Source of the DNA: Eledone cirrhosa
Lineage: Eukaryota
NCBI GenBank assembly: GCA_964016885.1
Contig: OZ024741.1
Coordinates: 59,706,001-59,770,000, forward strand
Length of the DNA stretch: 64,000 nucleotides
Reading direction: 5' to 3'
Part shown: piece after piece, positions 28,934-43,177 of the stretch
Layout of the letters: each line of letters starts with the position of its first letter
How positions within the stretch are numbered: the first letter of the stretch is position 1
Notes under the pieces: model-generated
What the model saw: only the letters and a program-made list of their open reading frames with translations
Told to the model about the DNA's origin: nothing
Databases searched by the model: none
Translations under genes and position numbers: made by a program

Positions 28934-30447
28934 ATAAATAATTAAATAATGTAGACAATATAGCCGCCTAAAGCATAAAATAATTTTGCATTCCATGTCA
29001 TTCAGATGGAGTATTATAAATTTTGTTAGCTATTTGTATGAATGTGTATTCCATGTCAGTAATTTCCTTATTGGTTTCTTTCAAGGCCTAAATTTTCCTT
29101 AATGGATATTTAAATTTCAAGAATATTTCCTAACTTTAGTATTGCCCACTATGACATTGAAATTAATTATGTATGATTCTTTTGTAAGCCCCAGAAATAT
29201 AATTCTATTGCCAGATAATACTGAACTAAAATAATCTTCTCAAATGAATAAAATAACACCTTGCAGTAAAGTATGTGCAAACGCCGAGAATACATTAGCG
29301 GGTGAAATGGTGTTACGCGTCTTAAATGCCAAGTCAAAGTTTATGGCAATTTCCATTTCTTCATATTCTACAATATCTAACCTGGAAATGTGTGCTCGCT
29401 GTGTTACTAAGGTTGTATAAAACAAACATACTACTCAAATACGTTACGATTTGTTGTGAATAGAATGAATTTAATCAACAAATAAAACGAGTGTAGAAAC
29501 TTGGAAATCTTCAGTGTTGCGTCCTAAAGTCATTCGGGGCTTATAACATAAACCCGCACCAAAGCAACAGAGAGGAGATTGATCAAATCTCTTCCAAGGG
29601 GCATACACACTACTTAACCTATCGTTCAATTCTCTTCAGCTATCACCATCTAGATTCCCTCTCCGTTGATTTCACGTTATTTTTGTTGGGATATCCACCT
29701 GCTCTTTTCACTACTACCCAAAGTTCCATAGACTTTACTAAGTCTTGCAAATTATTAACAACAAGCATCTACTAGCATGCACATAGTGCTCATCCCACAT
29801 TGTGTGTCTTCTATCCTCTCATCCCAGAAAATAGTCAGCTGCGAATTATAATGAAGTCGCTATCCAATCAGGTTTTTCTAAAGCCAGGGATGTAATGTAA
29901 CAGTTTGTAAGCTAGGGGAGACTAAATAACGCACACAAATTTAAGGCTTTAATCTACCCAATTCCCCTCACAAAATTCTGGGATATTCTAGGGGATGGTA
30001 GGTGACACTCAATAAAAACCCACGTTTTCTGCTTAAACACACAACCTTGTACATATCAAACGAACCTTTTCAGCACACAGCAATACCTGCATTCGGTATA
30101 AACTACATACCAACTTTTCTTGCATACACAAACACGTTTTTCTCTCTGATTACGTAATGACAACACATTCGGAAAATAAATAATATTGACTAAAATAACA
30201 GCAATAAAAAATATAGGATTGTTATTAATTCAATTGTAAAGCATATATTCAGCTAGCCGTAAGGGGAAGATATCTTGCAGCTAGCAGTAATAACTTTCTA
30301 CGTAGATATATTAATATAAATCTCTACTTATTTCTATAGTCAAAGCAATTATAAGACTTTTAACTGAATTCGGCCCTCCCTCACATTGCAGGTGTAAGAT
30401 TATGGTAATCTATTCGAAACCCACACGTTCACACACATACATAAACA

Positions 30448-30528
<81 letters not shown>

Positions 30529-30548
30529 CGTGTATGTATGTGTATATA

Positions 30549-30607
<59 letters not shown>

Positions 30608-30648
30608 CTGCCTGTGTGTGTGTATGTAGTATGTATGTATGTATGTAA

Positions 30649-30698
<50 letters not shown>

Positions 30699-31163
30699 GG
30701 GGAGATGTATGTATGTTTCCATATGAATATATATATATGAGAAACAGGTATATGTTAAACGAATTTCCGCCTTGGGCAACATGCTATGCTGAAATTTGTT
30801 TAGGAGTGTTATGACAAAAAATTATTTAACATTCTTATGCATACTTTCCAGAACTACACAAATCCTTTCTTTAGTAGAGTGGTATATAATTCTTTGAGAT
30901 ATTTTTGCTATCTATATTTCTATTTTCATCATAATAAGTGGAGCCATTGCTGTGTGGTGAAGAGGCTTTCATTGCAAACACGTGGTAACAGATTCAGGCC
31001 CACTAAATGGCACGTTGAGTAATTGTTTTTATATTATAGCGTCGAGTTAACCAAAACTTGTGGGTGGAGTTAGGTAGAAAGAACCTGCAGTAACCAGTTA
31101 CATATGTAAGGTTTTTAAAACTAGTTTCCAACTATATTTTTGATTATATATATATATATATAT

Positions 31164-31232
<69 letters not shown>

Positions 31233-31409
31233 CTTTATTCCGTGTTAAATCGGAGGTAACCTCAGTAAGTAATGTACTCAATACAGAGCAGAGTATACAT
31301 ATTCAATATAGAAATGGCTTCTACAGGACTAGAACTGTTTCATTCGAGAGAAATACCAATGATGGTTGGCAAATCACTGATGAGGGACTAATTTTATAAT
31401 ATGTAATCT

Positions 31410-32884
31410 ATGTGCAACCATGCAGTATTCTTCTCCCCTTGTTTTCCCCACCTTAAAGGTGGTTTATATCGTGACGACTGTCTTCTTCTTTCCAATAACC
31501 TTAGCCTCTCAGAGATAGAAAAAAATAAAAAGCTTATTAGAACTTTCCTTAAAGACTATTATAGTCTAGATATTACATTTGAAAACACAAGTAAAATAGT
31601 TAATTTCCTAGATATAACATTAGACTTATCTACGGGTATCTACCAACCTTACCATAAACCCAACCAAAATTTACACTACATACACTCACAATCTAATCAC
31701 CCTAAATCTATCCCTAAAAACCTTGCATATAATATATCACTTAGAATTTCTAACCTTTCGTCTAACCAAGATGTATTTGATAAAAATGCGACCTTTTATA
31801 ACGAAGCTCTAACTAGAAGTGGCCACAAAAATAGATTAGTATATATACCTTCTACCAATAACACTACAAACATACAACCTAATATTACCAACAAACACCA
31901 AATGAAACATACACACCTAAATGTCACTCACACTATACCCCAAAACACCAACATAAAACCAAATTTCTCTAACTCTTCTAATATACAGTATAATAACTCT
32001 CAAAAAACTACTCATCCTACAACTCTAATAAATGTTAATAATAAAACTCCTAATAAACAAGCTAAAACACCTAAATCAATAAATCTAACTAAAAATGTGT
32101 GTGGTGAGGTCATTAACAATAATTCTCTTAATAAACATCAAGATGCATCCTATAAAAACAATAAACAACATAGAAACCGTAATAGACGAGTTACTTGGTA
32201 TAATGCTCCATTTAATTTACAAATTAAGGATAATATACCTAAAAATTTCTTTAATATCCTAGAGAAAAACTTCCCGCCAAACCACAAATACCATCAAATC
32301 TTAAATAGATCAACGGTTAAATTCTCCTACTCAACAACCAAAAACATAAAACAAAATATAAGTGCCTATAATGCATATAAATGTAAAAAAAAACATGAGT
32401 ATACCACCAGTACATCAAACTAACCATAATATCTCCTCAGATACAGGATTCACGAAAAGTTGTAACTGTAGAAACAAGGCAAACTGTCCATTAAAATGAA
32501 ATTGCCTTGTTAATAACATAGTATATAAATGTAAAGTTAACACTAAGGACTCAATTTATTCATATATAGGAGCTACCTCTAACAATTTTAAGGTAAGATT
32601 TAATACCCACAAACATAGTTTTAAAAATGCCGCACTAGCTAATACAACATCTCTAGCTGAAATAATTAATAGTTATAGAAAGAGGAATATAGATTATAAC
32701 CTGACCTGGAGTGTGCTCAAAAGGGCCACCCCTTATCAAAATAGTAGATATGAACGTAGATTATGTTCCCAAGAACTTTTTGAAATAATGAAATCTAAGG
32801 ATATCCTATTAAATAAGCGACAAGAATTAATAATATCGTGTAATCATAAACTGAGAAAAACCTTTAAATATTATAAACCTAATT
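31410..32884 (+). pseudogene. Naiad-type RT C-terminus, Asn-rich linker and GIY-YIG endonuclease remnant
   Basis: Homologous to 50347-52195, with a frameshift near 32390-32420 and an in-frame TGA near 32497. Confidence 0.88.
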
Positions 32885-33090
32885 AATATACACTTTAGAA
32901 ATTAATATATAAACTATTTTTAATTTAGTTAACCTATAATTAATATTCTACTACTGATGAACTACATAATTCTGCTTTAAATATTATAAACCTAATTAAT
33001 ATACACTTTAGAAATTAATATATAAACTAATTTTAATTTGGTTAACTTATAATTAATATTCTACTACTGATGAACTACATAATTTTGCTT
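32861..33090 (+). repeat. Tandem duplication (~113 bp x2) at the Naiad ORF end
   Basis: CTTTAAATATTATAAACCTAATTAATATACAC...CTACTGATGAACTACATAATT occurs twice. Confidence 0.85.
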
Positions 33091-33321
33091 TCCTTCTTAC
33101 AACTATCATTTCCTAAAACTGATACCATTAAGTAAACATATATAATGCTTTAACTTCAGGTTATGACTCTATGTTCCTTGAAAACTATATATATTTATTA
33201 TTTCTCACTAATAAATTTAATTCCCCCCCCCCCCCAATAATTATATGTATATGTAAGTATGTATGTGTGTGTATATATATGTATGTATAAATATGTATGT
33301 ATGTATGTATATATATGTATG

Positions 33322-33360
<39 letters not shown>

Positions 33361-34489
33361 GTATATATATGTATGCATGTATATATATGTATGTATGTAT
33401 GTATATATATGTATGTATGTATATATATGTATGTATGTATGTATATATGCATGTATATGTATATATATATATATGTGTGTATATATATGTATATATATGT
33501 ATGTGTGTGTATATATGCATGTATATGTATATATATATATATATGTGTGTATATATATATATATATGTATATATATATGTATGTGTGTGTATATATGTGT
33601 GTGTATGTATATATATATGTATATATATATATATATGTGAGTATATATATATATATATATATTAATTTTATATTCTTTTAATTTCCCCTCATCTTTAACA
33701 GCACTTTTCAACTGCATCTAATTCTTATTTATCATATCTATATGTATTAGTATAATTTTATCAATATAAATATACCCATCAATTAAATTAATTTATATTC
33801 TTTTCATAGATGTATTTTTTTCACTAACATTCTTATCGTAAAACTTTAGTCACCTTCAGATATTTGTATTGGCATTACTATTTTATAACAGCAACTGCTT
33901 GTATACCTTTTACTGACCACCTGACCTATTTTCACCCCTAAAATAAGCTTCAATTACTACTATTTTACCATTTGGCCAATTATTAACTTTCTATTGGTTA
34001 ATTCTAAACCTCTTACCAAACAGACAGAATATATTAGATCTTTGTTGGTTTTACTCAATGAACAAATAATATTATTTCTGAGGTCAGCATAAGACCTATT
34101 TCTTCCCTAAAATAATCCTTCATTCATAATATTCTTTTGCATCCAAAACTGAAATCTACCTTCCTCTACCCATAATTTAAGGTTCTTCTACTACTATATT
34201 ACTATCTTGACCCACACTATCTCTCTATTGGTCAATTCAAAACCTGTTCCCAAACAGACCTATTGTATTGAATCTTTGTTTTTTTCAATAAACAAATATC
34301 ATTATTTCTGAAGACAGCATATATATGTGTAGGTATGTATATTCCCTCTGATAGTTTGTATAAATATTGTACATAGATCTATAGAATATGCATACCAACT
34401 CTAACACATATATATCCTAGAAACGATCGTAAAATGCTGAATTTTTTTAATATAAGGAACTGTTTCTTTGTTTATTCATTATTTTATTA

Positions 34490-34548
<59 letters not shown>

Positions 34549-34649
34549 CATATATATATATATATATATAAATACATATATATATATATATATATATAAA
34601 TACATATATACATATATATATAAATACATATATATATATATATATATAA

Positions 34650-34753
<104 letters not shown>

Positions 34754-36928
34754 GATATATAACAGATATATATATATATAACAGATATATAACAGATATA
34801 TATATATATAACAGATATATATATATATAACAGATATATAACAGATATATATATATATATATATAACAGATACAAAATTTACATGGTCTTCGGCAGTCGA
34901 AATGGACGTACAGTGCTCGATCTTGGCCTTGTTTTGTTTGTCCATTCGGTGTCACATTTTCTAAAAGGCTAGTTAATTACTGTTCTGGTGTATTTTACAA
35001 AACTAAAAGGATTTACAAGTTACGTAAAATTGCATGACGAGCATAAAGTACGTATCAAATTAAACGCAAACCTTCGACATTTTTGTCGAACGTGTCGCGG
35101 AAATAGATATTTCCGCCACTAGTTGCTTCGAGCAAGTATGATACTGCAGCATCGTGCCATACACTGCCTTACTCAATGCTAACTGCAGTAAAATATAACG
35201 GGTTCAGAGTATTTAATCTATGGAATCTGCAGGAAGTTGAGAAATTTGAAAAAATATTCATACATATTTTTGAATTGTCAACAATGAAACAAACATGGAA
35301 GAATGACAATACAATGATGCTACCTATTAGTTTAATGCTTATCATTGTGTGTAAAGGAGTCATAATGTTTTGGATGTTGATCTATCATCAAAAATTGGCT
35401 GAGAGAGAGAGAATACAGTATATTTGGGTGAGTGACGTAGGAAGACAGACGAGAATAAATAAATAAAATGGGGGAAAAGCTGGAGAGAGGAAAAGACATC
35501 AGTACTTAGTCTTTTTGAATTATGTGTGTACGTATGTGTATGTGCACATGTGTGTTTGTGAGTGAGTGTTCCTGTTTATATTTGTGTCTGTATCTGATTT
35601 GTATGGCCGGTAACCTAAAGATATAGATAAAATTAATACCAGACTTATAAAATAAGTATTGAGTGCCACGATAATTAAGGTAGTGCCCCAACACAGCCGG
35701 GTATAATGAATGAAACCAGTAAAAGAATACAAGAATAGCAGAATAGATACATGCGACACTAGACTTGTGATCTGACACTTAACAGTTACCAAATATGGCG
35801 GTATATTGGAAACGTTAGAGCATCGGAATAAAAATGCTTCAATATTTGTGCACGTTCGCAGGGCTCTGTATTAATATCCTACCAAGGTCAACTTTACTTT
35901 TTTATCCTTTCAAGATCGATACATAAAGTACTAGTCGAGTATCGAGGCTACACAAATAAAGACAGCTGGTCTGAATGGGGCATGTCTTCAGAATGGCAGG
36001 CCATCGCCAGCCAACCATCGTACTCTTCTGGCTATTGAAACAGCGGGTTGACCAAGAAGATTTACAAAGTCATGCTAACAAAGAATCTGAAAGTATGTAA
36101 CATTAACACCCACCAGTAGACACCACAGACTGCTAACTGCAATGCTTGACGCTACACCTTCCGTCAGGCTACCAGCACATATGGGGCAAGCCATCATATC
36201 AACCGGGAGTGGAGGAAAGCCCAGTGTTAGGGTTGATCCAAGCACAACACTGATATTTCCCTGCGACCGCAGTGGGCGAATCTCCCTCTCTCTGATCAGT
36301 CGCATTAGTCACCAATACATGCACCCAGGAAGGTCAAGGAAGAACCTTCCTATAGATATCTTTGTATCGAGATCATCGCCATCATATACATATATTCAAA
36401 CACAAACTCACACAGTGTGATTTCCTGCAGGACTCATTTTTTTGTATACATGTATGTGTATGAATACAAAATCACAGGTGTTCTTTGTGAACGCATATGA
36501 TTATATGCCTGTTGTTCTTTAATTAACTTTCAGCAAAAAGAGCAATCAATTGAATTTAAAGCAAGAAGTTCAGCATATTGTGCGGGCATGTAATGTTTCC
36601 AGAATATTTCATTAACCGTTTAAAACATATGGGAATGGAGATTTTGTGCTTTTCATTAACATTTTCTGCTTTAAATTTCATCAACATTTTAAACTATTTA
36701 AATTCGTTCATAATATGCATCAAAGTGCATGTATGAATTATCGAGATATATATTTCTTCCCTTCTTTCTTAAAACTTTTTAGTTATAGTATTAAAATTGA
36801 AATAAATGATGTCAGGTGCGTTTAATTTCGTTTAATTTGAAAGCGATGCGATACAGAAATATAAAATAAAAATTTAATTGCATCTTTGCAAACCAAATAA
36901 CAACAACAACAACAGCAACAACAACAGC

Positions 36929-36971
<43 letters not shown>

Positions 36972-39900
36972 GCAACAATGAACTAATGCATTAACATCTA
37001 AATTCATTTAAAAGGATTACAAAGATTGTATGTTATCGAATAATTTCAGGTCAGTACCTAAACACAAGTGGTGCATCAAGGAAGGAATTAAATATATTTT
37101 CGCGTTTTTTCTGTGTGTCTATCAGCGAGTTAAGAATTCTAGATAACAAGTTAAATCTTTAATTCAGGAAACTATTAAGTTCCTATGAGTTTATTACGAA
37201 AGTTCACTGGAAATTTAACGTGTCGCCTGATGACTAAATGTAAAAGAATGTTTCGTGAGAAATTATATCTTCTTTCGGTTATAGAATGTAGCTACAAAAT
37301 GATTATTACATCCGGTGGCTTACGGAAGAAATAATATTGTAATCGATTAGACGAAATGATAAATATAAGATCACTATTAAAAAAGGACACATTAAATACA
37401 ATGATCTCCTTCGATTTTGACGATGAATGTTTCATATATTCAGTCAAAGAAACTGCCTGCTCATGCACGTGGCTGTACATTCCACTGACACGAGTACACT
37501 TAACATAATTGTCAGGGAGATTTAGCGGGATACGGTGAGTGACAAGGCTGACTCGTTTAGCTATAGGTAGTCTACTCAACGGGCTTCGGAACAGTCTACA
37601 TCTACACAATTCTACTCAGAAGACATAGGTCGATTCGAGACTATGGTAAATTACAGTTTTCCAAAATGCTACGCGGTGGGATTGCTTCCACGATACTTTC
37701 AGGGATACGCGGGCGAAGAAGAAGAAGAAGAAGAAGAAGAAGGTGGAGGAGGAGAATCATTTTTATGAAATTTTAAAAATACCTGCTAAATTAGTTGAGT
37801 CGGAGCAGGCGTTTCTAAAAATCGGAAAATATTTAACGTCATATATAAATATTATACTCTAATTCATTAACATTAGTTAGTAAATATTTTATGAATCATA
37901 TTTTAATTCATGGTATTTTAATATTGTAATTCTGCCATTAAGAGGGTGAAGTGACAACATCTTTAGAACATCAGAATATGTTATGTCTCTCTGCGCTTTG
38001 TGTTCAATAACTGCTGAAGTCAACTGTGATTTTCTATCTTTCAATATCAATAAATAATGTACTACTCAAGTATTGTTGTGGGCTCTCACTTTCTTCCTCA
38101 CTCCCCATCTCTCTATCTCTTTCTCTTGAAGAAAATGAGTTTCTTTAGATTTGAAGAAGGATGGTTACCTCCACGTTTTGAAAATGCCCAAACACGCTGT
38201 ATATCATAAATTCATCAGAAGGACGACGATTGGAATTCTATCAATCAAACATATTAAAGATGTGCAATAAAAATCTACAAACGTATATATCTTAGAAAAG
38301 TTTATTTACAGCAATGCAATAATGATCTTAATGAATTTGAAATCAAAATTGGTGTGTTCTACATAAAAATATTCATAGGTTACAGTTCAGTAATGATGCG
38401 TTCGACTTGAACGATTTTTATATCTTGCGAATTAATGGCCACGACAAATTGGAATTGACAGTCAATAGGTTAAGCTTGGCCGCATCAAATATAGCTGATA
38501 TTTGATGATTCAATATTATTAATTTAATGGTTCTATATTACAATTGAAATATTTCCAATAGCCTGGGGCAATATTTGAACTATACATTTTGCCGGGCGAA
38601 CAATTTTTAGTTTTACAATTTATTGTAATATCGGCATCCTGGAAATAGTCAGTAAATTAATGAGATTTAATGAATACGTGCTGTAAATCCTATGAATGGA
38701 TCTCCGTCGTTTTGGTCGATGAGTGTTCTATTTGTTCAAGTAATGAAATAGTTTATCCACGAAATTAACGTGTAAATTGCTGATCATTCCACACATACGT
38801 ATATTATTAACATAATTCTCACGTAAAATTAGCGTGGCGTTGTGTATGATATGACTGGCTCTTTGAGTACAAGTATAACACATCCTGTGAGCTTCCAAAT
38901 AGTGACCGTCTACGCAATTTTACTTACAAGGTATAAGTCTATCCGAGGCTATAGTAAACAACAAATGCGCAAGAGGCAGAGCAGTGTTTTCGGATCCAGA
39001 ACACTGGTTACGATGTGAAATTCTTTACCATTCAGCTATACTATGTAATGTAATTCCTAGGATGTAATTCCTACACGAACGTTAATGAGAACAGAGTCAA
39101 TCACTATAATGGCACATCAATTAAATTTACAGAGTATAATTACTGGAGCGCATAAGAAAGATAAGGTAAAGCTGTACAGTTGGATGCAGCATATTAAATG
39201 AACAGTAATTTAATAAAGGGAATGTATAAGGTACAGCTTGAACATCTGATAATATATAATACTAACTGATCCTGTCAAAATTTCCCGGTTTAATTAGGAA
39301 TTAATGTGACATTTTAAATGTTCTATTTACAGGCATTATAATCGACCGGGGTTAAGATAAAATATAACTTGCATTCTTAAAAAATAAAACTTTGAGATTT
39401 GAAAAGTATAAAAGAAAAGACATTGTACAATTTAGTTTAACTAGTTAATACTTAACTCACGAGGCTTTAGACACAACAGGATCGAATGGTTAAGGGCATT
39501 TTGCAATCATTAGATTCTGGGTTTAAAATTGGGTAGACGGAAACAGTGTAGAAAACCGTCGGATGGACTGTGTCTGTAATGTAAAGGATCGGTTTTGTCA
39601 GACATTGCGTCATGCGGAATTTCCCTGAGAATTATGCTAAGGGTACACGTGTACATTAATTTCATGAGCAGGCTGGTTCAATCATCACCGAAACCTACTG
39701 AGAGCCATTCAAATTAACGAAATACTTTATTGTATTTATTCCAGCACCTTGCATTCTACGTTAAAACAAAATCGAGTTCAATTCTGCTTTTAATCATTCC
39801 AGGTTGATAAAATATTGGTTGCCAGGAGATGAAGAGGGCCCACCTACATATTGAATGCTATCATTTGATTTTTATAATGAATAAATAATATTTTCGAAAA

Positions 39901-40685
39901 ATCCATAAATGGAAATAAAACGGTGCAATCAAACTTTTGCGGAAAAATATCTTACCTTCTCCAATAAAAAAAATATTATGTATTTTGAGAAATCCAGAGA
40001 CTTTGAATAATGACTAGAAGTCGACCCTAAATGTTACTAATAGCCATGAACGACACCACATCTTTTAATCTTTGATTTTGAAAGTAGGTTCATAATTAAT
40101 AATTTTTATTTTACTTTCGTAGCTGTCTCTGTGGCCTAGTTGGTGTAGTCAGAGACGGTGGTGATGCTCGTCTGAAGTTCGATCCTGGTCGGGAGTAGGG
40201 TTCCCAGTAAAGCTTTTCAGTTTGTTTTCTATTGGTTGTAAAATAAAAACTGAAAAAGGTTACATGTTCCACTTGATCAGGATTGAACCCAAGGTGAGGA
40301 TCTCCACCGGCTCTAGTACCTACCGCTAGGCCACAGAGACAACTACGAAAATCTAATGAAAATTCATACTTATAAACCTACTTTAAACATTTTCAAAACA
40401 ACGTGTTGTGGTGTCGTTCATGTCTTTCTTACTGTTATTGCTCCTACTTAAGATATACTTATAAATCATTTGGGTCTTCCATAAACTACATCTTGTTTTG
40501 TTTCACATCTATCTAGACTATATTTTAACCTGTAATCCATGTTTCATCTCTGTTGCACCTCACTTTCCCCCCTTTCTTTTTCTCTGTCTGTGATATTTGA
40601 ATCTGCTACCTTATTCCTATATATATGTTTTTGCATGTCAGTTAGATTCAAACTTACAATGATTGGAATTATAGATATTATATAT

Positions 40686-40770
40686 ACAAGCAGAATGGCC
40701 CGGCGTTGCTCGGGATTTGCTCTAGGGTTCTTATATATTTGATATATATTTATCCTTATCGAGCCTCGTG
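40686..40770 (-). mobile_element. Helitron 3'-end fragment
   Basis: Same CCCGGCGTTGCTCGGG hairpin as at 56775. The adjacent sequence recurs at ~46283-46333. Confidence 0.5.
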
Positions 40771-40836
40771 AAATAAATACGTTTGTTTATATTTTGTTAT
40801 TGTGTATGCAAAAATATCTGTACACGAATATATAAT

Positions 40837-41018
<182 letters not shown>

Positions 41019-41080
41019 GAAGTTATATTTAATTTGTTGGGATACAACAAGCAAATATTTTTATAACTAATCTATATTAT

Positions 41081-41143
41081 ATTTTATCTGATGAAAGCGC
41101 ACCATAATTTGCTTTGGTGTCCTTGAAATATGTATAATGAAAT
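41081..41143 (+). ncRNA. Minimal type I hammerhead (family A)
   Basis: Stem I ATTTTAT/ATGAAAT; CTGATGA; stem II AAG.GCACCA/TGGTGT.CTT; GAAA; quasi-palindromic stem III ATATGTAT; ATA triplet. Confidence 0.72.
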
Positions 41144-41297
41144 AAATATGGTTTTATAAATATAGTTTCCATTTGTTAATATATTGTATATATATACATA
41201 TATATTAAAATAACAGATTAAAGTTTAAGCAAAGAATCGGTGCTTTCACCCTTAACGGGATCTTCTGAAACTAAAATATTTCGAAAAACGTTACACA

Positions 41298-41331
<34 letters not shown>

Positions 41332-42496
41332 TATATACACACACGCACACGCACACCCGCGCGCGCGCGCACACACTGCGTCATAATGTCGTAATGCATA
41401 CAGCCAGACATACACACAGATATTATAAGGGCGCAACGTTATATCTATGTATCTATCTAAAAAAAAAAGACTAAGAATTATAGAGAGATATATATTATAG
41501 ATATATATTATAATAGAATATAAAAGAAAAAGAAAAACGAACACAGATATATACATATATGTGTTCAAATCGCAAGGGACCAGATTCGCTAAGGTGAAAA
41601 GAATACTAACCATAGACAATTGGGTTTGCTTGTCTCAATTTAAGAAAAAATCAAGAAAATAAATATAAACCGGAATTGTGGTAACTACCAATCACCCATA
41701 TAACTTGGTGTTGTTTCGTCATGTTAATTGTGAATAGAATTACCAATTCAAGCTCATCAGTGGATGATGAATTAGTATCCTAGACACTTCTAAGTATATT
41801 AAGGTACTGAATAGTGTGCTATATATAATAGCGCACATGGTATCTTAGCGTGTCTCACAAACTTACACCACTAAAAATAGCAGCCAGGTTTATATTTTGA
41901 GTTATATTTTGAGTTCCTAACTCAATATACCTTTGATATATATATATCTATATATATATATTTAATTTCTTTACACATATCAGCTTATCCCTTTCCATAA
42001 GGTCCCATTCTTCATTCCAGCTGTCCCTCTCCCTCTTCCACATATTCCTTTCCCTTTTTCAATATGTCCCGCCTCTTTCCACCTGCCTCTGCTCCTATTC
42101 ACATGTCTCCCTTTCTCTTTCCATCTATCATTAACGGATGTCCTAAAAATAAGTCACGTGGACTGCTCCTGTTACTAACTTACCAACAACATTTTTTGGA
42201 GACGAAATTAAACAGTATTTCTTTAAGATATATTCATTTTAAATTTTAAATGGAAATGTGATCAATATTCTTCTTCTTAAAATTCAGTAGTATCGTATTC
42301 CAATGTGAGGTGTCCAAGGTTGATGTATTACCTCCCAATCATTTGATTCAGTATCAATAAAAGGTAGTAATTTCACGTTCAGAAAATAGGAAAGGAGTCA
42401 TAATACCAAATATACATACATATACACACAAAACCATACATACATGCATACACACACGCGCACGCACAGACGCACCCACGCATGCGCGCACACACA

Positions 42497-42598
<102 letters not shown>

Positions 42599-43177
42599 TG
42601 TTTAATGCATCATTGCTAATAAGAAAATACATTTTCAGATGTGGATGCATAATTGGTGAATGGTTTACAAATTCGCATCGCAATCATTAGGTCACGGATT
42701 TTATCCCCCTGCAATCTTGAGCAATCGTTATTTACCACAGCTTCGGGTCGAAACGTCATGAGTGTTAAGCGATATCCTTAACCAGACACCTTTGACTAAG
42801 CGACTTTCTCTCTCTCGTTCGCCCCCTCTCTCTCTCTCCCCTCTCTCTCTCTCTTCTCTCTCTCTCATTTTGCCTCTCTCATACTACCAATCAAACACTT
42901 TTTCCCTCACTTTATATACATATACGTACTTATATGAATATATATTGGCAGTTCCATTGATTCAATCAAAATTAGCATTCGTTGTCAGAAATATCAGGTG
43001 TCTGACAACGTATATATGTATATATTGGGCATCGTTTCAGTGTGTTGGTATTAAACGTTAGTTATAGCTCTGGTTTATCTAAACTATTGAGCACTTCGCC
43101 ACACATTTCGAAGATTGTGTTTCGTTATTTCGTGGGCCGAGGTTCCGATTCTTGATAATTTATTTATATATATATAT

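Larger units (their letters stand above)
31230..34492 (+). mobile_element. Penelope-like element, Naiad-type, 5'-truncated, with an inverted pLTR-like piece at its 5' end
   Basis: ORF 31410-32423 has GGLYRDD, VNFLDITLDL, SNHP and RRVTWYNAPF. After a frameshift it continues CNCRNKANCP, IVY..YIG..RFNTH, SCNH to ~32884. A degenerate hammerhead (CTGATAG...GAAACGATCGTA) lies near 34347-34412. TA tracts flank both ends. Confidence 0.88.

Noticed and set aside
32455-32515. In-frame TGA near the Naiad Cys knuckle as selenocysteine (some Naiads are reported to encode selenoproteins)
   Set aside because: The TGA in CPLK*NCL aligns to a non-Cys position (CPLNNNCL in the other copy), the knuckle Cys codons are ordinary, the copy is otherwise decayed, and I saw no convincing SECIS.
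32945-33090. CTGATGA in the tandem duplication as a hammerhead
   Set aside because: No downstream GAAA with pairing stems.
35960-36360. GC-richer block with short ORFs on both strands
   Set aside because: No recognisable motif in the frames examined; probably an old TE fragment, but I cannot classify it.
40120-40200. Functional tRNA gene
   Set aside because: A and B boxes are present but there is no closing acceptor stem or clear anticodon arm; treated as tRNA-derived repeat.
41695-41765. Minus-strand CTGATGA...GACGAAAC hammerhead-like motif
   Set aside because: A partial stem II is present, but stems I and III cannot be formed convincingly, so it is left uncalled.
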